A DNA stretch of 64,000 nucleotides from NCBI GenBank assembly GCA_005223125.1, contig NJBH01000001.1, forward strand, positions 128,001 to 192,000. Reading direction: 5' to 3'. Under the pieces are notes generated by a model. That model searched no databases. It saw nothing but the letters and a program-made list of their open reading frames with translations, and was not told the DNA's origin. The stretch comes from Promethearchaeota archaeon Loki_b32 (lineage in GTDB: Archaea; Asgardarchaeota; Lokiarchaeia; Sigyniarchaeales; SOKP01). Shown here piece after piece: positions 17,796 to 28,295 of the stretch (the first letter of the stretch is position 1; each line of letters starts with the position of its first letter). The translations under genes were made by a program, and so were the position numbers.

Positions 17796-19970
17796 TTAAT
17801 AAATTTGAATTTTTAGATGAAATTCTAAATGCTTCTCAAGTTTAATAACAGGAGTAATATTAATTCCCTGATAAATCTCTTTATAGCCCTCATCTGTATA
17901 AGTGTATGTAATTATCGGGAATTTTGTAATTTTAATTGAATCACTTTTACTTGAAATACCAATTTCAAAATTTAAATCATATATTTCGTCATAAGCTTTA
18001 AAATGAGAACCCATATATTGAAAAGGTTCTAATAATTTAGTATTTTCTTTATCCTTAAAATCCACCTGTTTGCTTTCCCAATGGAACTTATTTGGATCCC
18101 CATTAAAGAAGAAAGGTATATCCACTGCTATATTTAGATATTTAATTATACGGTCTAGGATTTTTTCATTTTCAGGAATCTCCTCGAAATTAATTCTTAA
18201 AATTACTTCAATTTCGTTTTCTTCGGCATATATATCTTTTGTAATTCGCACAGGATGTCTTTCAATAGAATCTGGATCTTTAATACTACCCATTTTTTCC
18301 ATTTCTATGATAGCAATTTTGCCTTCTTTTTCGCTACTTGTAACATTGAAGTTTTCATCAACAAAATCTCCAAACTCATAATATTGATCTGCTTGGATTT
18401 GTTCAAGTGTTACATCATTGTGAAGGATTCTAAGGCGTAATAGACTTCTTCTGAATCGATCAACTAAAACTTCCATTTTTTCAAGTTTCTTACTATCATG
18501 GTAAGCTTCTGGCCATCTTGTTAATGTATTTAACAAATTATATGATTTAGGTTTATAATCCAACTCGAAAATAGTTCCCCCATCGTTAGGATTAATATAA
18601 ACATTAAAAACATCAGATTCAATTATGTAGTCCGACTTGCTATCCTTATTAAAATCGATGGGTGTGACATAAATGTAGGTTTTCATTTTTGGATTAACTA
18701 AAGAATTGATATCATCTATTATTTTCTCAGCATTTATTAAATGAGTATAAACTGAAAATCGTAGAAATTGCAAATAAACACCTCCAAATAAGCCATGCCA
18801 GTAACAATCATTACATTGAGCTTTGTAAATCTCATCCCATGCTTCCGCTATTTTTTTTAATATCACAGAGATAAGTAGTTCGTTATCAATTTTAAGTAAA
18901 TTTTCTTCTGTACTTATAAGTTTATTTCTAACATGAATCATCTTCTTGTGCATATTATTAGATTCTGGATATTTTATCAAAAAATATCTCCAAAATCCAC
19001 CACGAAGAAATTGATAAGTCTCCTTCTTTTCCTCATCATCCTTTAGTGATTTTCTTATTTTCTTGAAATTTTTCCGAATATCTGTAGGTAAAACCCATTC
19101 TTCCATCTTATCATAACTAGCTGTTGGAAGATAAACTAAACTTTTTGCTGGAAATTGGTTCAGATACTCAGAAAGGGTTATAGATTTGATCCATGAATTG
19201 TTTTGTATTTGTTCGAAAAATGCTGGAATAAAGGGTTTACCTTCGTCTCCCTCTTCATGACCTTGACCCTCTACATAGCAGATTTGGTGTGTAGTTCCCC
19301 AAACACCCATTTTCTCAGCGTCAGATATGAATAAAACGCACCTATCACCTTTTTCATCCGCAGCTTTTTTCAAATAGTCGATTGACATATATGTGGGCTT
19401 CCAAGGGGTTAAGTACCTCAATTCTTCATTAATTGGAAATATTCTTAGTGTTTTTCCTTCATCCTCCGTAATATAGGAATAGAAAGTCTCTTGTTCAGTA
19501 ATCCCGGTGGATCTAAAATGATTATCATCTACGATAACATATTTTAAGCCAGCATCATTTAGGAAAGAAGGGTAATTTGGTTCCCATACCCTTTCTGATA
19601 ACCAAGCGCCCTTAACCTCAAGTCCAAATTCATTTTTTATTAAATCAGATAATTTTTTCATTTGAGCTATTTTATCACGATAAGGAATTATTGCAAATAT
19701 AGGTTCATAATAACCCCCTCCAATAATCTCTATTTGTCCTCTTTTTGCCATAACTTTCAATTTCTCTATAAAATCGGGTTTATTCTTTAAAAGCCATTCT
19801 AGTAAATTACCCGAAAAATGAAGTGTAAATTTAACATCTTCAAATTTAAAAATATTATCAATAAGGGGTTTATAGGATTTCTTATACACATCCTCAAATA
19901 CTCGAGAGAAATTGTCGACAGGTTGGTGGAAATGAAAGACATTTAAAAAGTTAATACTCTTTTGAGTCAT
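17796..19970 (-). CDS. GH57 alpha-amylase / 4-alpha-glucanotransferase
   Basis: HFHQP, GGGYYEPI, GAWLSERVWEP, SDAEKMG, AQCNDCYWHGLFGG. Confidence 0.9.
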   Translation of the reverse strand: MTQKSINFLNVFHFHQPVDNFSRVFEDVYKKSYKPLIDNIFKFEDVKFTLHFSGNLLEWLLKNKPDFIEKLKVMAKRGQIEIIGGGYYEPIFAIIPYRDKIAQMKKLSDLIKNEFGLEVKGAWLSERVWEPNYPSFLNDAGLKYVIVDDNHFRSTGITEQETFYSYITEDEGKTLRIFPINEELRYLTPWKPTYMSIDYLKKAADEKGDRCVLFISDAEKMGVWGTTHQICYVEGQGHEEGDEGKPFIPAFFEQIQNNSWIKSITLSEYLNQFPAKSLVYLPTASYDKMEEWVLPTDIRKNFKKIRKSLKDDEEKKETYQFLRGGFWRYFLIKYPESNNMHKKMIHVRNKLISTEENLLKIDNELLISVILKKIAEAWDEIYKAQCNDCYWHGLFGGVYLQFLRFSVYTHLINAEKIIDDINSLVNPKMKTYIYVTPIDFNKDSKSDYIIESDVFNVYINPNDGGTIFELDYKPKSYNLLNTLTRWPEAYHDSKKLEKMEVLVDRFRRSLLRLRILHNDVTLEQIQADQYYEFGDFVDENFNVTSSEKEGKIAIIEMEKMGSIKDPDSIERHPVRITKDIYAEENEIEVILRINFEEIPENEKILDRIIKYLNIAVDIPFFFNGDPNKFHWESKQVDFKDKENTKLLEPFQYMGSHFKAYDEIYDLNFEIGISSKSDSIKITKFPIITYTYTDEGYKEIYQGINITPVIKLEKHLEFHLKIQIY

Positions 19971-20061
19971 TTATAGGTACACTATTTTTATGGGATTAAA
20001 TATATGTAAAAATTTTTACTTATAAAAGATAACTAATTATATTATTGAAAATTGAAAATGA

Positions 20062-21792
20062 TTGAGTTTTATGATAAATTATTTTGATAAAAATGTGATT
20101 CAAGGAATCTCTAATTCCAACGAGTTTAAAGGATGGCTTCTCTCAAGAAGATGGTTCGGGGATAAATCAGCTTTGTCAAATTTGGAGTTTGATGTCATTC
20201 TTCAGTATTTTGAAATAATTGCTGAGAGAATTTTTCTCACAATAATTGAAGTCAAAACCTCTGATTACTCAAAAACTTATTTTCTTCCATTAATTTATTA
20301 CAGAAAAATTGAAGCAATTCTAGACTCCAGCGAAAAAACACATTCCAATATTGTAAATTTAACTGAAAATACATTCAGTAAAAAGCTAGCTATAACTATC
20401 GAAAATGAACAAAAAGTCATAACACTTAATTTACTGGAAGCTGAGTTTTGTCTTTTTTTCTGGAAAAAATTACTTTTTGATACGAGCATCTCAGAAAAAT
20501 ATCCCTCTCTGGAAATGGAATTATCACTCTATAACAAACAATTTGAAGATGAGGTTAATATGAGAAAAGTACAAAACTTAATAGAAGCAGGATTATACCC
20601 AGATCGATATGAACTTTCCATAAATCAATTGGGAAAAGGAAATACTACCAACATCTTGTTTTCGCTAAATATTTCGAATAAAAGAGTACCAGACCATAAA
20701 CCAATTTCTTATGTATTAAAATCTTATAAGGATTATTCTACAAGTATAGAACCCTCCATGTTATATGTTTTAGTTAAAAATAAATTTCCCAACACTCCGA
20801 AAATTTACGGAACAATTAAAGTACGTGATAAAGAAACTATTGGGATAATTGAGAGTGTTCCAAATATAGGAAATTTAGGTGATATTTATTGGAACGACCT
20901 TAATAATATGATAGATTCTGTATTTAAAGATATTAATAAAGATTACTCAAGATTTAGTGAAAAATCTAATATATCTCAATTAATTAAAGAGAACTGCATA
21001 AAAACAATTTCAGTTTCCTCCGAGATTGGGACATATATCAAGAAATTACATGAATCTTTAATTCTACCCGATCAAAAACAGTATAGTCTAGAATCAGTTG
21101 AAAGTAATGCATATCTCAAAAATTATACAGATGGATTGAATTCGATGATTTCAGATTTGTTAAGTCACATGACTAATCAACCAGAGAGTGCTTTTTTCAA
21201 CTTACCTAAAATAAGTTCAATCTTAGTAGATATTAAAGATGTTATTGAGAGGTTTCGTGCAGATTTTGAGAAACCAATTATTAATATTCAACCTGTTCAT
21301 CAAGATTTACATATGGAGCAAATTCTATATAATAAAATTGATGATCAATACAATTTTTATTTTATAGATTTTGAAGGTGACCCTCAACTTTCTTTAGAGG
21401 AGAAAAAAGGCAAATTTCCTATTGAAAAGGATTTAGCCTCATTTTTAAGGGCTCTTAGTTATATAAAATTCAACACATTACTTAGGTTTATTGATAAAAA
21501 CATTATTAATAAAGAGAAGTATGAAGTACCTGAAGAAATTCTTTACAATCTATTTTTTAGAAGGGCGGCTAGACCATTAAACAAAGTTTTAGATATCCTT
21601 CTCGATATTATTAACACATGGGAGTCTAAATTAATTGGAAAAATACTAAAAAATCTTAACGCAGATAATATCCTGATTACATATTTCTATATCGAAAGAG
21701 CACTTCATGAATTAAATTATGAAATTTTATTTCGACCGAATATGATCATCATTCCCATATTGGGGTTAAAAGAGATCATTGAAAAAAGTTGA
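20062..21792 (+). CDS. Maltokinase-like (Mak/Pep2) phosphotransferase
   Basis: N-terminal WLLSRRWFGDK, catalytic HQDLHMEQIL, IDFEGDP, KDLASFLRAL, ERALHELNYE..RP. Confidence 0.8.
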   Translation: MSFMINYFDKNVIQGISNSNEFKGWLLSRRWFGDKSALSNLEFDVILQYFEIIAERIFLTIIEVKTSDYSKTYFLPLIYYRKIEAILDSSEKTHSNIVNLTENTFSKKLAITIENEQKVITLNLLEAEFCLFFWKKLLFDTSISEKYPSLEMELSLYNKQFEDEVNMRKVQNLIEAGLYPDRYELSINQLGKGNTTNILFSLNISNKRVPDHKPISYVLKSYKDYSTSIEPSMLYVLVKNKFPNTPKIYGTIKVRDKETIGIIESVPNIGNLGDIYWNDLNNMIDSVFKDINKDYSRFSEKSNISQLIKENCIKTISVSSEIGTYIKKLHESLILPDQKQYSLESVESNAYLKNYTDGLNSMISDLLSHMTNQPESAFFNLPKISSILVDIKDVIERFRADFEKPIINIQPVHQDLHMEQILYNKIDDQYNFYFIDFEGDPQLSLEEKKGKFPIEKDLASFLRALSYIKFNTLLRFIDKNIINKEKYEVPEEILYNLFFRRAARPLNKVLDILLDIINTWESKLIGKILKNLNADNILITYFYIERALHELNYEILFRPNMIIIPILGLKEIIEKS

Positions 21793-21802
21793 AATTAATT
21801 TT

Positions 21803-22465
21803 TTATTCAGTGTCTTCTTCAGATAGTTTTGCAAATTCAAAGGAATAATGTGAAGAAGAGATCTCAATTGGTTGTACTTGCTTTTGATAAGCAGTTCTTA
21901 TTTTACTTTGATCTTGGATTTTAGATGTGACCCAATTTGCATCAAATTCACCTTGCTGGAAAAGTCTCCATATAAAGGCTTCAACAAACTTCTGCGATCC
22001 AAATTTCTTGTCTATTAAAACATAATTATTCTCATCAATAAAGTTACGAAAAAACCCTAGATTTTCACATAGATCTACTTTATAATAGATATCATCTAAT
22101 TTACCATTTATTCTTGCACAATCATTAATAAAACGAGCTAATTTATCTCCTAACCTAATTTGTTCATCTTCGTCCTCTTCCTTAATAAGTTTCCGTAAAT
22201 AACTTCTTTTAATCACAATAAAATCTCGATCATTTAATGATTGGAGTGACCCCTTCTGTTTCATTATATATTTTGATATTTCCAAATAATTTCTAATGAG
22301 ATCTGCTTTAGAGATACCCATTTTTCTGCGAACTTTATCAAGATTATTATTTAAATCTTCATCAATTCTAACAGTTATAACGCTTGTTGAATCTTTTAAT
22401 TTACTTCGTCTATCTGAAACCAATTTTCTTGAAATTGCTGACTTTTGAGTGGGATTTCGACTCAT
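21803..22465 (-). CDS. Ribbon-helix-helix (CopG-like) domain protein with uncharacterised C-terminal domain
   Basis: VITVRIDEDLNNNLDKVRRKMGISKADLIRNYL. Confidence 0.7.
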   Translation of the reverse strand: MSRNPTQKSAISRKLVSDRRSKLKDSTSVITVRIDEDLNNNLDKVRRKMGISKADLIRNYLEISKYIMKQKGSLQSLNDRDFIVIKRSYLRKLIKEEDEDEQIRLGDKLARFINDCARINGKLDDIYYKVDLCENLGFFRNFIDENNYVLIDKKFGSQKFVEAFIWRLFQQGEFDANWVTSKIQDQSKIRTAYQKQVQPIEISSSHYSFEFAKLSEEDTE

Positions 22466-23266
22466 TTGTTATCTTTTCTTATCTTTTTATTTGTAATATT
22501 TGTATTAAATTAATTATTTAAGTAACATAAGTAACTTATAATTATAAATGATTGTATTTTACATTTTTATTCAAAAAAGATATGAAAGTAAATATTCATA
22601 TTATTGACATCTGTATTAAATATTACTTGAATATTGTTATAGATGTCTTGATTTAATCCTTTTTATATTAGCATCATTAGATATTCCGTTAATTTAAATT
22701 TAATATAAGATCTAAGGCTTAAAGAAATTTTATTATACATTCAAACGGCAAACATATTGATATATTTTTTAATAAGCTTCATATAAACTTTATGAGCAAT
22801 TTTTCTAATATTGAAATTGATTAGTATTTTTTGGAAATTAACAAAAAAGATAATAAAATCATAAAAATTCATGAAATTTTATCTTAATGGGAATTTCATG
22901 GTATTTTTAATAATTTTTAGTAATATTTTTATTATAAATAAGATTTGTACTTTAAATATATTTTGATTATATTGTAGATCTTATTTATATAATGATGAAT
23001 TATATTACCCTAAGTATGAAAATCATCCCAATTTCTGCAATTATGAAATCCTTGAAGTATTTAATTTTGTTAAAAGAACACTTCATTAAATAAACAATCC
23101 TAAATATAAAAACAAGTCATGCTAATTTTCAATATCAATTGTAAATATTGTAATAATATGTAATATAAAATTACAAAAGATACACGAGGTAAATATAAAT
23201 ACCGTCAAAAATATTGAGATAATGTATATAACTATTAGAAATTTATTAAGGGTTGGATAAAAAGTC

Positions 23267-23590
23267 ATGGAAATTACACAAATTGGTATTTTAGAAGTCA
23301 ATTTACAAAATAAATCTGAATCAATAACTATAAAATCAGATGAGAAGATTGAAAAGATTGTAAAGGCCCTGTCCTCACGAACAAGGCGTCAAATTCTCCA
23401 TCACATTCAAGAAGAACCAATGGATGTTTCACATATTGCTGCTAGTTTACAAATGACTGAAGCCAATATATCCGCTCAAATTAAGAAACTTGAAGAAGCA
23501 GGACTAATTGATTGTTCTTATTCGTCTGGAAATCATGGGGTACGAAAAATCAGCCGGTTAAAATTCAATAAGCTTATAATAGAATTTTAA
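23267..23590 (+). CDS. ArsR-family helix-turn-helix regulator
   Basis: KALSSRTRRQIL, IAASLQMTEANISAQIKKLEEAGLI. Confidence 0.85.
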   Translation: MEITQIGILEVNLQNKSESITIKSDEKIEKIVKALSSRTRRQILHHIQEEPMDVSHIAASLQMTEANISAQIKKLEEAGLIDCSYSSGNHGVRKISRLKFNKLIIEF

Positions 23591-23688
23591 ACACTTTCAG
23601 ATTTAAAGAGTGGGCTTCTGATAGGGATCTAAATCTATTTCCATACTTTTTATTATGAAAAATAAAATAATTCAATTACCAATTTAAC

Positions 23689-25269
23689 TTAGTTGGTAAC
23701 TTTTACTGGTTTTGTTGTTTTTTTCACTATAGGAACAAGTTCTTTTTCTTTTCCAACAATTCTCGGTCTACTTGTAATTAAAGATTTATTTGCTTCTCCC
23801 TGTACCATATATTCTCTTAATTCATCAGAGATCATTGATGATGTCATACCCATTGAGTGAAGCATATCTAATCCGCTCACAATCACTGTTTTAGCAAATC
23901 GAGGTATATTTCGCATCATCCAATTGAATTTTCCAAACGGGTTAATGTATCTTTTTGCCATAAATTTAAGCCATCCATTAAGATAGTACGCAGAATACGC
24001 TTCACCAACTAATTGAAACATTTCATTATTGGTTAGTTGTTCTGTCCGCATCATAGGATGAAACAAATCATAATGCCTATAATCATTACTAGTAATCATA
24101 TTTTTCTCTGACATTTCATTATAAAAGTCAGTACCAGGAAAAGCTGTAATTGGTGTGAATTGAATACATGTTAGATTAAGAGATTTCGCAAATTGAATGT
24201 TTTGTCTCACCATTGTTTTAGTCTCTCCGGGATATCCAATGATTACCCCTCCAAAAATCGAGATTCCACGATCTTGAAGTAATGAGACGACCTTTCTAAC
24301 CATATCAGGAGTTGTATTTTGTTTATTCATCGCATCAAGGCTTTGTTGATGTACCGACTCGATACCAAGAAAAACCTGTCTCATACCTGCTTTATGCATT
24401 AAGTCAATTAACCAAGGATTTCGATATAACGAATCAGCTCGAGACTGACATGAAAAAAGCATTTTATTTGGAATTCCTGAACGAATCATAGTTTCAAGAA
24501 TCTCTTTAGTTCGCTTTATTTTAATAGTAAAATTATCTTCACAGAAAAAGATAAAATCATTTTTCCAATCAATGTCATAAATTTCTTGCATTATTCGCTT
24601 AGTTGATTTTGTTCGATAAGTTACACGACTATCAGAATTTCTCCACATTTTTATAATACAACAGAATTTACAATTATGTGGACATCCTCGCGAGGTTTCA
24701 AGTTGAGCAACTCTTGCACCTAAATAAATATATTTTTTATCGTCTAACAAATCTCTACGAGGCATAGGAAAATTATCTAAATTAGGCTCTAATTTTCTAT
24801 CCTTGTTATGAAGAACTTGTCCTTCTTTATTTTTAAATGAAATTCCGTCGATATTTCTTAATACTTTTTCATCTATATTTCCATCGAGATATTCTACAAG
24901 TTCGCGAAAAGTGTGTTCTCCCTCATTTCGAACTGTATAATCTATAGCAGGGTGTTTTGCTACAAATTCAGGAGCTAAAGTTGGCTGATATCCTCCAATT
25001 ATAGTTGTACAACCTTGTTCTTTTGCCATTTGAGCTACTTCAAATGCATGTGAGATTTGAGGTGTCATACTTGTGAGAGCTACTATGTCACTCTGATTCA
25101 ATAATGAACGAAATTTCTTTTCATTATATTTATGAACCTTAAAATCAAATAATTTGGCGTCATGTTCTGGAACCATCGCAGCAATTGAAATTAAATTTAA
25201 AGGAGGTCCTTTAATTATTGCATCAAGTCCAGAACTTAGTCGAGCAGGATTAACATATAAAATCTTCAA
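23689..25269 (-). CDS. B12-binding domain radical SAM enzyme
   Basis: N-terminal cobalamin domain (IIGGYQPT, EGE), SRGCPHNCKFC, EDNF, GIES, GYPGET. Confidence 0.9.
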   Translation of the reverse strand: MKILYVNPARLSSGLDAIIKGPPLNLISIAAMVPEHDAKLFDFKVHKYNEKKFRSLLNQSDIVALTSMTPQISHAFEVAQMAKEQGCTTIIGGYQPTLAPEFVAKHPAIDYTVRNEGEHTFRELVEYLDGNIDEKVLRNIDGISFKNKEGQVLHNKDRKLEPNLDNFPMPRRDLLDDKKYIYLGARVAQLETSRGCPHNCKFCCIIKMWRNSDSRVTYRTKSTKRIMQEIYDIDWKNDFIFFCEDNFTIKIKRTKEILETMIRSGIPNKMLFSCQSRADSLYRNPWLIDLMHKAGMRQVFLGIESVHQQSLDAMNKQNTTPDMVRKVVSLLQDRGISIFGGVIIGYPGETKTMVRQNIQFAKSLNLTCIQFTPITAFPGTDFYNEMSEKNMITSNDYRHYDLFHPMMRTEQLTNNEMFQLVGEAYSAYYLNGWLKFMAKRYINPFGKFNWMMRNIPRFAKTVIVSGLDMLHSMGMTSSMISDELREYMVQGEANKSLITSRPRIVGKEKELVPIVKKTTKPVKVTN

Positions 25270-25536
25270 AGTTCTATCTCTCTACCATATTAAAACCTTA
25301 TTGAATAAAAAAATTTAATCCTTATAAACTTTTTGTTGTATCTACATAGCTGTGAAAAATACAAAGAATGCTTAAAAACACAATACAGAAAAATAATATA
25401 GAGCTATTAAGTTGTAATTATAAACATTCTTTTCATAGCAGACAATTAAGTTTTTATAATTTTTAAGTAGGTATTGAAGCAATCTGATTTAACTATCAAA
25501 TATCTTAAAAATATAAGCGTCTAATAACATCATATT

Positions 25537-26676
25537 TTATTTAAAATAATCAATCAGAGTGTTTTTTATCATTTCAAAATGTCCTAAATGGGCTTTTGAA
25601 AGATCATCAAGAGTTTCTTTAATTCCCAGCTTCTCAATTCTAGTAGTTATTTTGTAATAAGGTGAGTCTTTCAATTTTTTTACTAAAGGTTTATTTTTCT
25701 CAATATCTTTTAATAAATATTCAATTGAATTGAGTTGGTGAGTATCCAGCATTCCTAAGATGATTGCCATTAACATTGTGTCAAATGTAATTCTTAAAAT
25801 TACTTCATGATCGAAATCCGATTTTATTGGAAATAAATAAGATTTAAGCATAGAGATTGACTCTTTAAAAAGTTCAAAAGCCTCATTACTAAGTTCTTTA
25901 ATCCTCTCATTATGAGAACGATTTTCTGATGCTCTCAAACATAATGCTGATACAGTTTGATATTCTGCAACAAAATGTATGAATCGAGCTTTAGTATTTA
26001 GATATGTATCTTTTGATTCTTCCTCATCTATCATAGTATCTAAATCATTTAAAGATTTTCGAAAATAGGTAGCAATATCATTGAATTTTTTAGCAGAAGC
26101 CTCGAAATCTTTCTTCGATAACAGGTTAAATGCCTGTTTTTCTTCTTGCTCATAAAGTTCATCGAATTTATTTATTTTCATAACTGCTTTTAATATCAAA
26201 CGTTTACCTACATCTTTCTTTATTCTAGATCGTTCAAAAGATTGCCCAGCTTTTAGGAGAAGTATTGAAGAAAGATTATTATACTCCTCAGGATCAGTTT
26301 GATATAAATAACCTGAGGCTTTTTCCCAAGATTCTCCAGCAGTCTCCCAATCATGCATATTAAATGAAATATTACCTAATTGAATTAATAATTTAGCAGA
26401 AACTTCGTATAATTTTAATTCTTCAGTCTTTCGAACAATAGATTTTAATCTATAAATAGCTTGAATATTATTCTTAAATCTCGAGATTATTTGAATAATT
26501 CTTATGTAAAGTTCATCTAATTTAATATAACTCCCAAGATCAAGATAGATTGACGCTGCTTTTTCATAAAAGTCAATAGCTTCTTTTCCTTTTCCACGAT
26601 CAGCAAGAGTTTCTGCTTGGTCTATTAATTTTATAGCTTCCAGCTCTTTCTCATCACTATAGCTACTATTACTCAT
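25537..26676 (-). CDS. TPR-like alpha-helical protein (SNAP-like pattern)
   Basis: AIDFYEKAASIYLDLG and AGESWEKASGYL TPR-type helices. Confidence 0.55.
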   Translation of the reverse strand: MSNSSYSDEKELEAIKLIDQAETLADRGKGKEAIDFYEKAASIYLDLGSYIKLDELYIRIIQIISRFKNNIQAIYRLKSIVRKTEELKLYEVSAKLLIQLGNISFNMHDWETAGESWEKASGYLYQTDPEEYNNLSSILLLKAGQSFERSRIKKDVGKRLILKAVMKINKFDELYEQEEKQAFNLLSKKDFEASAKKFNDIATYFRKSLNDLDTMIDEEESKDTYLNTKARFIHFVAEYQTVSALCLRASENRSHNERIKELSNEAFELFKESISMLKSYLFPIKSDFDHEVILRITFDTMLMAIILGMLDTHQLNSIEYLLKDIEKNKPLVKKLKDSPYYKITTRIEKLGIKETLDDLSKAHLGHFEMIKNTLIDYFK

Positions 26677-26845
26677 ATTTTTCTCCTTTTAGCTAAAAAT
26701 ATAGTAAAAAACGGATTCGTTTAATATTTCTATACAATTTGCATAGACTTAATTAAGATATTAAAACCTTAGTATTAATAGCTTTTTATCGATACTTTTT
26801 TAATTTCTATATCTCTTTATTAAAAATTACCATACTTTTTTATTT

Positions 26846-27730
26846 TTAAAATTGTTTAAAGAGCTTTATATTTCTACTTCTTATTATTTCTCTGAATTCT
26901 ACTGATTGATACGCTGAACTAAATGATTCTTTTGCATCTTCAATTGCTCCATAAAAAATGAAATTAGAAAACCAGGTTGCAATAAACATTATACTCGCTC
27001 GCCTATATCGTGTGTGGTATTTTATATTTAAACGTGGGGAAGAATATTGAAAAAGAAAAAGATTTGGTGCAGTACCAACAGGGAGTTTCAACGATGTACT
27101 AACCAATTGGTGCGTTTCAAGTATATGAGCTAGACTTTCTAAATTAACAACTCCCCCATCAATCCAAAGTTTTTCAACACCAATCTTTTTTAATCCCTCA
27201 ATTATACTCACATTATTAGGTTGGTTTTTCTCCGTAATATATGCATATCTTTGGGTCGATGTCATATTTTCCGAGCCGAGTATTAAAATTACAACAGATT
27301 TAAGCTTGTATCTTTGTATGATTTCAATTTCTTTTTTATTTTTTAGATTTGAAATTGTATTATATATGTATTGATCCGATTTGATTCCATTTTCTGTAAG
27401 ATATTCAATTCCGGCTACTCTTGATTCAAAATTTCCTCCTAGTACGAATGGAGGATTAAAGTGATCTAAATAAAATTCTAGATATCTGATCATTGATTTA
27501 GGTGTGGTTGCAGATATTTCTAATAAATTCGGAATTTTATATTTTTTTGATAATGATTGTTGTGTCTCAATGCGTTTCATAGCTTTTTGAGTGTTAAAAA
27601 TTTCGGGATTTTTCCTGTCTACAAGAGTTTCATTCTGATAAAAAATTGTACCAATTAGGAGGGGAGGTGAACTAAATTTTCCTCTTTCTAATTTTATATT
27701 CCCATAAGTATAATATTCAGAATCATCCAT
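26846..27730 (-). CDS. Divergent MtrH-family (pterin-binding) methyltransferase
   Basis: PLLIGTIFY, IYNTI, LKLPVGTAPN, FIFYGAIE blocks resemble MtrH. Confidence 0.7.
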   Translation of the reverse strand: MDDSEYYTYGNIKLERGKFSSPPLLIGTIFYQNETLVDRKNPEIFNTQKAMKRIETQQSLSKKYKIPNLLEISATTPKSMIRYLEFYLDHFNPPFVLGGNFESRVAGIEYLTENGIKSDQYIYNTISNLKNKKEIEIIQRYKLKSVVILILGSENMTSTQRYAYITEKNQPNNVSIIEGLKKIGVEKLWIDGGVVNLESLAHILETHQLVSTSLKLPVGTAPNLFLFQYSSPRLNIKYHTRYRRASIMFIATWFSNFIFYGAIEDAKESFSSAYQSVEFREIIRSRNIKLFKQF

Positions 27731-27905
27731 TTTTTTAGATCAACTATTGATTATAAGAATTACAAACTATTTAATCTGCTTAATTTTTCAAGGGATAGAG
27801 ATATTTCTAAATTTTTCCTATGCAATTTAAAATAGGAATTAAAAGTTAGAAGACTATTAATTGTGTAAGAATTAAAAAATTCTACTAAATAAAGAAATTT
27901 AAAAG

Positions 27906-28166
27906 TTGATTAAAATGAATGATGAAAAAATTTCATATGTTAATATTGCAGCGTATTATCTTGCACAAAAAGGCTACACCTATGATAAATTATGTTGGAT
28001 GTTAGCAGAGAGACAATTACTAGTTCAAAGAGACCAAAGATATAATCAAGAAGATAGAATAAAAGAAAAAGCAGCAGAAATATTTTTTTCTGGTCCAGAC
28101 TACGATGTTTTATGTTATTTAATTTCGGAAATAGATATTCTGATGAAATTAGGAAAAATTAAATGA
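27906..28166 (+). CDS. Small protein with two internal DUF2934-like helical repeats
   Basis: IAAYYLAQKGYTYDKLCWMLAERQL vs EKAAEIFFSGPDYDVLCYLISEIDI; likely start ATG 27915. Confidence 0.6.
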   Translation: MIKMNDEKISYVNIAAYYLAQKGYTYDKLCWMLAERQLLVQRDQRYNQEDRIKEKAAEIFFSGPDYDVLCYLISEIDILMKLGKIK

Positions 28167-28295
28167 AGAATATAAAATCTCAATCATAGATTTTGTTGAA
28201 GTAGCCTTAAAGAGTATGGAAAATAACTTTCAAATAGTTATTTCTATAGATCGTTTTAAATGAGAGAAAAAAAACCATTCATATAATACAGACCC

